Positions 8,043 to 14,494 of a DNA stretch of 24,000 bases are shown one piece after another. Location: NCBI RefSeq assembly GCF_043080095.1, contig NZ_JBIBVE010000012.1:73367-97366 (forward strand), given 5' to 3'. Position numbers and translations under genes: made by a program. Within the stretch, counting starts at the first letter, position 1, and each line of letters starts with the position of its first letter. The notes below the pieces were generated by a model that ran no database searches, had not been told where the DNA came from, and saw only the letters and a list, made by a program, of their open reading frames with translations. The stretch comes from Streptomyces sp. NPDC015127 (GTDB taxonomy: Bacteria; Actinomycetota; Actinomycetes; Streptomycetales; Streptomycetaceae).

Positions 8043-9641
8043 ATGAGTGTGGACACCAGAACGCCCCGGTCCGGGTTCGATGATCAGCCTGCACTGAGCA
8101 TGGTCAAGGTGGACTGCGATCCCGCGCAGGTCATCGTCAACCACGCCAGCTTCCGGGTGCAGCTCGCCCAGAGCCCGCGCCCCGCACGTGCCCTGGCGGA
8201 CACCTCACGGCTCGCCTCCGTCGGCGCGGGCACCGCGCGGCGCAGGGCGCCCGTCGTGTGGAGCGGCAGGTCCGCGCCCGGGGACTCCGGCGCCACCGGG
8301 CTCCTCCAGGCCGTGCGCAACTCCACCCTGGAGCACGACCCCTACAACACCGGCGCCACCCAGGTCATGCCGCGCATCGACCTCGGCGACGACACGGTGC
8401 AGCACCCTGCCGTCACCGACGCGCGACCTCTGCTGCCGCCCATGCGCCAGGCCGTCGGCGCCTACGACTCGTACGACTCCTACAGCCACGGGCAGGACGG
8501 CCCGGACAGCCGCGAGGGGCAGGACGGCCCGGACACGTACGGCGGCTACGGCCAGGACACCTACGACCCCGAGCCGTACGCCGAGATCGCGCCCACCGCC
8601 GCCGGTGCGCCCGCCGGCCACCGGCCCACAGGCGACCCCACCCGGCACGCCTACTACCCCGACCGCCGCCTGAACCTCGGCGTGGTGCTCCTGCCGCTGC
8701 GCCTGCTCCTCGGGCTGATCTCCGTGTACGCCGGCATGGGCAAACTCTGCGACCCCGTCTACTTCGACGGCGGCGACCGCGGGTCCATGGTCATGTGGCT
8801 GAACTCGCTCCACCCCTGGGCGCTGGCCGCTCCGCTGCGCGACTTCGCACTCGCGCACCCCGTCGGCGCCGGACTCACCGTCGCCTTCCTCCAGGTCGTC
8901 GTCGGCGTCCTCACCGTCCTCGGCCTGTGGCAGCGCGTCGCCGCCGTCATCGGCGCCCTGCTGTCCGCGGCACTGATCCTCACCGTGACCTGGCGGACCG
9001 TCCCCGTCTACGACGCGCCCGACTTCATCTTCCTCGCCGCCTGGTCCCCGCTGATCATCGCGGGCGCCCCCGTCTACTCCATCGACGGCCGCCTCGCCGG
9101 CGAGGCCTGGCGCACCCTCGGCCCGCGCTCCGAGATCTGGGACCTGCGCCGCCGTGTCCTGCGCCGCGGCGGCCTCGTCGCCGCCGTCGTCGTGGGCCTC
9201 ACCATGCTCATCGGCTCCATGCTCGGCGGCGCCGTCCGCTCCACCGAGGTCGTCACCGTGCCCGGCCCCGACCAGAACCCCAGCAACCACCTGCCCGGCG
9301 CCCCGCTCCCGCAGGAACCCGGCACGGAACGCAGCTCCTCCGGCACGCGCACGGACAAGCCCTCCCCGTCCGCCAGCCGCTCCGGCACCCCCACCTCGAA
9401 GACCTCGGCACCCGCCGAGGACACCGTCCGCGAGACCGGCCAGGTCGGCGGCACCCCCAGCGAGACCCAGGGCACCGGCCAGCAGGCCCCCACGGGCTCG
9501 CAGCCCGCACCGCCGCCGACCACCAGCTCCGGGCCCACGTCCAGCGGCGGCACCGGCTCCGGAGGCACCTCGGGCGGCTCCGGCGGGGGCTCCGGCGGCT
9601 CCTCCGAGGGCGGCGGCGTCATCGGCGGCCTGCTGGGCTGA
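8043..9641 (+). CDS. DoxX-like integral membrane protein with a long low-complexity N-terminus and a Pro/Ser/Thr/Gly-rich C-terminal tail
   Basis: The central region has about 4-5 hydrophobic helices ('LNLGVVLLPLRLLLGLISVYAGMGKL', 'GLTVAFLQVVVGVLTVLGLW', 'VIGALLSAALILTV', 'FIFLAAWSPLIIAG', 'LVAAVVVGLTMLIGSMLGG') that resemble DoxX/DUF-type membrane proteins. GC3 is high throughout. The start codon is uncertain; the ATG at 8100 is an alternative. Confidence 0.6.
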   Translation: MSVDTRTPRSGFDDQPALSMVKVDCDPAQVIVNHASFRVQLAQSPRPARALADTSRLASVGAGTARRRAPVVWSGRSAPGDSGATGLLQAVRNSTLEHDPYNTGATQVMPRIDLGDDTVQHPAVTDARPLLPPMRQAVGAYDSYDSYSHGQDGPDSREGQDGPDTYGGYGQDTYDPEPYAEIAPTAAGAPAGHRPTGDPTRHAYYPDRRLNLGVVLLPLRLLLGLISVYAGMGKLCDPVYFDGGDRGSMVMWLNSLHPWALAAPLRDFALAHPVGAGLTVAFLQVVVGVLTVLGLWQRVAAVIGALLSAALILTVTWRTVPVYDAPDFIFLAAWSPLIIAGAPVYSIDGRLAGEAWRTLGPRSEIWDLRRRVLRRGGLVAAVVVGLTMLIGSMLGGAVRSTEVVTVPGPDQNPSNHLPGAPLPQEPGTERSSSGTRTDKPSPSASRSGTPTSKTSAPAEDTVRETGQVGGTPSETQGTGQQAPTGSQPAPPPTTSSGPTSSGGTGSGGTSGGSGGGSGGSSEGGGVIGGLLG

Positions 9642-9655
9642 GGCCCTACGCGCCG

Positions 9656-9693
9656 AGAGGGCGGTCACCGGGTGCATCCGGTGACCGCCCTCT
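9656..9693. terminator. Bidirectional terminator hairpin between convergent genes
   Basis: Perfect 16-bp stem: AGAGGGCGGTCACCGG (9656-9671) and CCGGTGACCGCCCTCT (9678-9693), with loop GTGCAT. Confidence 0.6.
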
Positions 9694-9736
9694 TCCGCAT
9701 GGTCCTCGCGTACGGGCCTCGGCCCTACAGGCCGGC

Positions 9737-10459
9737 TCAGCGCACCTGCGAGGCGAGCTCCTTCGCGGCCTCGGTCAGGTCCTTGGCAGTGTCGATCGCC
9801 CGCCAGTACGCCCCCTGCGGCAGCGGGAAGCCCGCCAGACGCCGCTCACGCGCCAGCCGCGGGAACGTCGTGCGCTCGTGGTCGCCGACGTCCGGCAGCA
9901 GGCCCGTGAAGGCCGCCGAGAACACGTACACACCCGCGTTGATCAGATACGGCGACGGCGGCGACTCGATGAAGTCCGTGATGTGCCCGAATGCATCCGT
10001 CTCCACCGCCCCCCACGGAATCCGGGGGCGCGCCAGCGCCAGCGTCGCCGTCGCGTCGCGCTCCCCGTGGAACGCCGCCATCTCCCGCAGCGAGAACCGC
10101 GTCCAGATGTCACCGTTCGTCGCGTACCACGGCTGGTCCGGATGCGGCAGGCTCGCCGCCGCGTACTTCAGACCACCGCCCCGGCCCAGCGGCTCCGTCT
10201 CCACCACCGTCGTGACCCGCAGCGGCAGATCGGCGCTCTCGAGCCACTTCTGGAGCACCTCGGCCAGATGCCCGCACGAGACCACGGCGTCGGTCACGCC
10301 CTCCGCCGCGAGCCAGGCCAGCTGATGCCCGATGATCGGCATCCCCGTGCCGGGAATCTCCACCATCGGCTTCGGGCGGTCGTCGGTGTACGGGCGCAGC
10401 CGCGAGCCCTGGCCACCGGCCAGGACCACGGCCTGCGTCGGATACGTAGGCATCTGCAT
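9737..10459 (-). CDS. Sugar-phosphate nucleotidyltransferase (NDP-sugar pyrophosphorylase family)
   Basis: The N-terminal 'AVVLAGGQGSRLRPYTDDRPKPMV' signature (GxGxRL) is typical of RmlA/ManC/GlmU-type nucleotidyltransferases. I chose the ATG at 10459 because the GTG at 10489 lies inside the large upstream terminator hairpin. Confidence 0.75.
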   Translation of the reverse strand: MQMPTYPTQAVVLAGGQGSRLRPYTDDRPKPMVEIPGTGMPIIGHQLAWLAAEGVTDAVVSCGHLAEVLQKWLESADLPLRVTTVVETEPLGRGGGLKYAAASLPHPDQPWYATNGDIWTRFSLREMAAFHGERDATATLALARPRIPWGAVETDAFGHITDFIESPPSPYLINAGVYVFSAAFTGLLPDVGDHERTTFPRLARERRLAGFPLPQGAYWRAIDTAKDLTEAAKELASQVR

Positions 10460-10480
10460 GCCGTGAACGATATGCGCACC

Positions 10481-10538
10481 GCCGGACACGACACGGACCG
10501 GACCCGCGGGTGCGGGCCCGGTCCGTGTCGTGTCCGGC
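10481..10538 (-). terminator. 58-nt, nearly perfect hairpin downstream of the 141-aa gene
   Basis: 21-bp perfect outer stem: GCCGGACACGACACGGACCGG (10481-10501) and CCGGTCCGTGTCGTGTCCGGC (10518-10538). An inner CCCGC/GCGGG stem surrounds a GGGT loop. Confidence 0.55.
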
Positions 10539-10579
10539 CGTGCGGCGCCGTCGGCTGCTGGCGGCGCCGCGACGGCCCC

Positions 10580-11005
10580 TCAGTGCCCGAGCGCCTGCTG
10601 CTGGACGCCGGTGGCGAAGGAGGTGTCGCAGACGGGCCGCGAGAACCGCTGGGCGCGCGTGGGCCCGTAGCGGTCCACGGCGGCCCGGCCCAGGGCGCGG
10701 GCGATCGACATGCAGTGGTGGGCGAGCGAGGGACGCGCCTCGACCTCGCGCTGCAGATGCGTGAGCGCGACGCCCGGGTCCTTCGCCTGCAGCTCCGTGA
10801 GCAGCTTGTCGCGCAGAACGTCCTGCGGCGCACGGGACTTGGCGCGCACCGAGACATGCTCGGAGGATGCGGTGAGCATCTGCGACTCGGTGGCGGCCTG
10901 CCCGGCCCACGGGACGCTGGAGACCGCGAGGGTTCCGGAGAGCACCAGGACGACAGGCAGGACGAGGGCGAGAGTGCGGCCGATTCGGCGGGCTGTGTGG
11001 GTCAC
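10580..11005 (-). CDS. Small secreted or membrane-anchored hypothetical protein
   Basis: GTG start, an N-terminal signal/anchor 'RRIGRTLALVLPVVLVLSGTLAVSS', coding-like GC3 and two Cys residues in the mature part. I did not recognise a family. Confidence 0.55.
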   Translation of the reverse strand: MTHTARRIGRTLALVLPVVLVLSGTLAVSSVPWAGQAATESQMLTASSEHVSVRAKSRAPQDVLRDKLLTELQAKDPGVALTHLQREVEARPSLAHHCMSIARALGRAAVDRYGPTRAQRFSRPVCDTSFATGVQQQALGH

Positions 11006-11146
11006 GCGAGTGAGCGTAGCGGCCAGTGATGATTTGGCGACATTCAGTCACTCACGTGGGGGATGGTTCGAGGGCTCTTTTCGAATCGCATGTTGACGCC
11101 CGGGGGTGAAATGCCAGTGAACGCCCGGGATTTGTCCGACTGCACG

Positions 11147-11183
11147 AAAAGCCGGGCCCCGCATGTCGAGTGCGGAGCCCGGC
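11147..11183 (-). terminator. Rho-independent terminator of msiK
   Basis: On the minus strand, GCCGGGCTCCGCA...TGCGGGGCCCGGC forms a 13-bp stem with one mismatch (11151-11163 / 11171-11183), followed by TTTT (11147-11150). It lies about 45 nt after the msiK stop. Confidence 0.65.
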
Positions 11184-11226
11184 CTCTGTGCTATCGAGCC
11201 GGAGAACTGCCCGGCGCGTCAGTCGC

Positions 11227-12354
11227 TCAGTCGCTCAGGCGCTCGCCCGTCGACGTCGAGAAGACGTGGATCTCGCCCGGACGCGGCACGACGTGCAGCT
11301 CGCTGCCCTTGTCCGGCACGCTGCGGCCGCCGACACGGACGACCAGGTCCTTGTGCTCGCCGCCGACCTGGGCGGAGCCGTACACGTAGCCGTCGGCGCC
11401 GAGCTCCTCGACGACGTTCACCGACACGGCGAGACCGGCCGGGGCGTCCTTGGAGAGCGTCTTGGTCTCCGCGCCGCCGTGCTCGACGACGTCGAAGTGC
11501 TCGGGGCGGACGCCGACCGTGACGGTCGTGTCGCCCTTGTCGGCGGCGGCGGACAGGGCCTCGCGGGAGACCGGGACGACGCTGTTGCCGAACTTCACGC
11601 CGCCTTCGGTGATCGGGACCTCGACCAGGTTCATGGCCGGGGAGCCGATGAAGCCGGCGACGAAGAGATTGGCCGGGCGGTCGTACATGTTGCGCGGCGA
11701 GTCGACCTGCTGGAGCAGCCCGTCCTTGAGCACTGCCACACGGTCGCCCATGGTCATGGCCTCGACCTGGTCGTGCGTGACGTACACGGTGGTGATGCCG
11801 AGGCGGCGCTGGAGGCTCGCGATCTGCGTACGCGTCGACACACGGAGCTTGGCGTCGAGGTTCGACAGCGGCTCGTCCATGAGGAAGACCTGCGGCTCAC
11901 GCACGATGGCCCGCCCCATGGCGACACGCTGGCGCTGACCGCCGGAGAGCGCCTTGGGCTTGCGGTCCAGGTAGTCGGTGAGGTCGAGGATCTTCGCGGC
12001 CTCCTCGACCTTCTTGCGGATCTCGCTCTTGTTGACGCCGGCGATCTTGAGGGCGAAGCCCATGTTGTCGGCGACGCTCATGTGCGGGTAGAGCGCGTAG
12101 TTCTGGAACACCATGGCGATGTCCCGGTCCTTGGGCGGCAGGTGCGTGACGTCGCGGTCACCGATCCGGATGGCGCCGCCGTTGACGTCCTCGAGCCCGG
12201 CGAGCATGCGCAGGGAGGTGGACTTGCCACAGCCGGAGGGGCCGACGAGGACGAGGAACTCGCCGTCCTCGGTCTGGATGTCGAGCTGGTCGACGGCGGG
12301 CTTGTCGGAACCCGGATAGATCCGGGTCGCCTTGTCGAACGTGACAGTAGCCAT
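11227..12354 (-). CDS. msiK: Multiple-sugar ABC transporter ATP-binding protein MsiK (MalK/UgpC family)
   Basis: Walker A 'GPSGCGKST', Q-loop, signature 'LSGGQRQRVAMGRA', Walker B 'VFLMDEPLS' and H-loop 'VYVTHDQ', plus a MalK-type regulatory C-terminal domain. It is an orphan ATPase with no adjacent permease genes. An AAGGGAG RBS precedes the start. Confidence 0.9.
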   Translation of the reverse strand: MATVTFDKATRIYPGSDKPAVDQLDIQTEDGEFLVLVGPSGCGKSTSLRMLAGLEDVNGGAIRIGDRDVTHLPPKDRDIAMVFQNYALYPHMSVADNMGFALKIAGVNKSEIRKKVEEAAKILDLTDYLDRKPKALSGGQRQRVAMGRAIVREPQVFLMDEPLSNLDAKLRVSTRTQIASLQRRLGITTVYVTHDQVEAMTMGDRVAVLKDGLLQQVDSPRNMYDRPANLFVAGFIGSPAMNLVEVPITEGGVKFGNSVVPVSREALSAAADKGDTTVTVGVRPEHFDVVEHGGAETKTLSKDAPAGLAVSVNVVEELGADGYVYGSAQVGGEHKDLVVRVGGRSVPDKGSELHVVPRPGEIHVFSTSTGERLSD

Positions 12355-12408
12355 GGTGAATGGCTCCCTTCACCGGCAGGAACGTGCCGGACGATCCGTT
12401 GTAGAGGG

Positions 12409-12439
12409 AGTGGTCCAGTCCACCCCGTGGGTGGACTGG
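12409..12439. promoter_or_regulatory. DasR-box-like (dre-like) operator / palindrome in the msiK leader
   Basis: AGTGGTCCAGTCCACC (12409-12424) matches the dre consensus A(G/C)TGGTCTAGACCA(G/C)T at about 13 of 16 positions. It overlaps an 11-bp perfect inverted repeat, CCAGTCCACCC (12415-12425) / GGGTGGACTGG (12429-12439). Confidence 0.4.
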
Positions 12440-12444
12440 CGGTG

Positions 12445-12473
12445 ACGCTACCTGGCGATGTCGGATCTGTCAG
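12445..12473 (-). promoter_or_regulatory. Putative sigma-70-type msiK promoter
   Basis: On the minus strand, -35 CTGACA (12473-12468), a 17-nt spacer, then -10 TAGCGT (12450-12445). The predicted TSS falls at the edge of the dre-like palindrome, about 85 nt upstream of the msiK ATG. Confidence 0.35.
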
Positions 12474-12599
12474 CAGTCGATGGGCGACGAAATTTTCGAA
12501 CGAGGCGGTGCCTCGGCCCGAACGGTTGGCTTTTGATCTCGCCGCGCGGGTGCCAGAGCACCCGACTTTTGACCTCGCAGGCGCGCGTAAGCAGAGCAA

Positions 12600-12880
12600 C
12601 GGATTGTGAGCTTGCCGCTCCTTGCGCGCATTTGCGCCCTCACGAGCAGCGCTTCCTGCTTCGACGCCCATCGCCGACTGCGCACAGCCCTCAGGGGCCA
12701 CACCAGACCGGTCTTACGCGGGCTCCACAGGCATGACGGCCGACGGCCCGTCGGTCCGTACCTCTCTCCAGCACTCCCTACGCCGTCAGATGGACCTCCG
12801 GCAGCTCCGACGCCCTGATCACGGACGGCATCCCTCTGCCCGGCGGCAGCGCCATCGCCGCCAGCCAGTACAGCCGCATC
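12600..12880 (-). ncRNA. Candidate TnpB omega-RNA (reRNA) region overlapping the tnpB 3' end and right end
   Basis: This rests on family knowledge: omega-RNAs are encoded at the 3' end of tnpB plus the RE. The sequence shows an imperfect hairpin ACGGCCGACGG/CCGTCGGTCCGT (12736-12759) and further GC stems at 12620-12665. The boundaries are guesses. Confidence 0.25.
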
Positions 12881-14175
12881 CCCTCGTCCCGGAGATTCAC
12901 CGCCGCGTTCACGTCCCGGTCGTGCACCACACCGCACTCCTGACAGGTCCACTCCCGCGCCGACACATCGAGGCGAGGGCCCTTCGCGTGGCATGAAGAA
13001 CAACGACGCGTGGACGGGAAGAACCGGTCCACGATCACCAGCGTCCGCCCGTACCACGCGCACTTGTACCGCAGCTGCCGCAGCAGCTCACCCCATGCCG
13101 CATCGGTGATCGACTGGTTCAGTTTCGCCTTCCGTCGCCGTCCCTTGCCCGGCGCTGAGCGCAGGAGATTGGCAACGGGAAGGTCCTCCACCACGAGCAC
13201 TTGGTTCTCGCGCACGAGGCGAGTCGTCAACTGATCCAGCGCGTCCCTGCGGGCATCACTGATGAGCGCGTACAACCTGGCGATACGCTCACGGGCCTTC
13301 CCCCTGTTCTTCGACCCCTTCTCCTTGCGGTGCAGCTCCCGCTGCCGCCGCGCCAGCTCATCCGCGTACTTCCGCAACAGCCTGGGATGCTCCAGCTTCG
13401 AACCGTCGTCCATCGTGACCAACGTGGCCAGACCAAGATCCAGACCGACCGCCTTCGGCTCGCATCCACCCGGCAGAAACACGGCCGGCAGCGGTTCTAT
13501 CCGCTCTTCCACCAGCACCGACAGGAAATAGCGGCCGCCCCGATCACGGGTCACCGTCAGCTTCACCGGCACCTGACCACCGGGCAAGGGACGCGACCAC
13601 CGCACATCCAACGGCTCGCCCTGCTTTGCCAGCGTCACCGACCCCGTCCCCGGCCGCTCCGGATCCTCCACCCACCGGAACCCGGTCCGCACATACGTCG
13701 CCGAATCCCGCGACCGACGCTTCCTCTTCGGCTTCGGGTACCTCGCAGCACCCCGGAAGAACCGCGAAAACGCCCCCTCCAGATGCCGCAACGCCTGCTG
13801 CAGCACTGTCGACGACACCTCCCGCAACCACGACGTCCCCTCCGCCCGACGCCACCCCGTCAATGCCCGACACGTCTCCGCGAACCCGAGCGACACCCGA
13901 TGCTGCTCCCAGGCACGCGCCCGTAGGGCAAGCCCTTCGTTGTAGACCCAGCGGCAGGCGCCGAAGGTCCGCTCGAGCTGCTCGGCCTGGGACGCGGTCG
14001 GATAGAAGCGGAACCGGTAGACACGCTGCTGGGTGCCGGCCTCTTCGGTCCGGCTCTTCAGAGGCGTCGCGACACGGGCGTGATGCTTGCGCCGGTCGGC
14101 GATGCCGAGGTCCTCCCGCTTGACGCGCTTGGCTTCCTCGCCCACGACGCGCACAGGCTGCTCGGATGACCCCAT
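12778..14175 (-). CDS. tnpB: TnpB (OrfB) RNA-guided DNA endonuclease, IS200/IS605-IS607 superfamily; no adjacent tnpA
   Basis: N-terminal 'YRFRFYPTASQAEQL' motif. RuvC-I 'GLDLGL', RuvC-II 'VLVVEDL', RuvC-III 'HDRDVNAAVN' and the Zn finger 'CSSC...CQEC' are all intact. The ATG at 14175 is preceded by AGGGGGG; a GTG at 14178 is one codon upstream. Confidence 0.9.
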   Translation of the reverse strand: MGSSEQPVRVVGEEAKRVKREDLGIADRRKHHARVATPLKSRTEEAGTQQRVYRFRFYPTASQAEQLERTFGACRWVYNEGLALRARAWEQHRVSLGFAETCRALTGWRRAEGTSWLREVSSTVLQQALRHLEGAFSRFFRGAARYPKPKRKRRSRDSATYVRTGFRWVEDPERPGTGSVTLAKQGEPLDVRWSRPLPGGQVPVKLTVTRDRGGRYFLSVLVEERIEPLPAVFLPGGCEPKAVGLDLGLATLVTMDDGSKLEHPRLLRKYADELARRQRELHRKEKGSKNRGKARERIARLYALISDARRDALDQLTTRLVRENQVLVVEDLPVANLLRSAPGKGRRRKAKLNQSITDAAWGELLRQLRYKCAWYGRTLVIVDRFFPSTRRCSSCHAKGPRLDVSAREWTCQECGVVHDRDVNAAVNLRDEGMRLYWLAAMALPPGRGMPSVIRASELPEVHLTA

Positions 14176-14330
14176 CACACCCCCCTGCCGTCCGATAGCC
14201 GGAACAGCACTCCTGTCCGTTCAACGAACGTGTGGGCGGGTGGTTACGGTGGGCGTGAAGTTCTTCGCGGGCGGTTCGTGGTGCTGTGTAGAGTGGGGGA
14301 GCCTCGCGCGCGTGAGTGACCGCGAGCAAT

Positions 14331-14406
14331 GCCGCCTTAGCTCAGTTGGTAGAGCCACTGCCTTGTAATCAGTAGGTCGCCGGTTCGATTCCGGCAGGCG
14401 GCTCCA
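14331..14406 (+). tRNA. tRNA-Thr (anticodon UGU), CCA encoded
   Basis: The cloverleaf folds by hand. Acceptor GCCGCCT/AGGCGGC, D-arm GCTC-AGTTGGTA-GAGC, anticodon arm ACTGC-CTTGTAA-TCAGT (one C:T mismatch at 31:39), T-arm GCCGG-TTCGATT-CCGGC, then discriminator T and CCA. Confidence 0.9.
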
Positions 14407-14414
14407 CGAAACAC

Positions 14415-14456
14415 GTGTCCCGGACCTCTCAGGTCCGGGACACTTGCGTTTTGCGG
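14415..14456 (+). terminator. Rho-independent terminator of tRNA-Thr
   Basis: 12-bp perfect stem: GTGTCCCGGACC (14415-14426) and GGTCCGGGACAC (14432-14443), followed by TTGCGTTTTG. Confidence 0.7.
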
Positions 14457-14494
14457 GGGTGTGTTCGGGGTGTACCTGGGGAGGGGTGCGTCGG

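Larger units (their letters stand above)
12600..14330 (-). mobile_element. Non-autonomous IS1341/IS605-like element carrying only tnpB (boundaries approximate)
   Basis: tnpB plus about 155 bp on the 5' side (up to the tRNA gene) and a structured non-coding 3' flank. I could not define the exact LE/RE or TAM by eye. Confidence 0.4.

Noticed and set aside
8258-11029. 923-aa plus-strand ORF, and the 490-aa minus-strand ORF at 8205-9677
   Set aside because: The sequence is Arg/Pro/Ala/Gly-dominated with no motifs. It crosses two strong terminator hairpins and overlaps three better-supported genes. It is a GC-content artefact.
11170-12609. 479-aa plus-strand ORF opposite msiK
   Set aside because: It is antisense to a complete ABC ATPase that has every canonical motif, and it has no motifs of its own.
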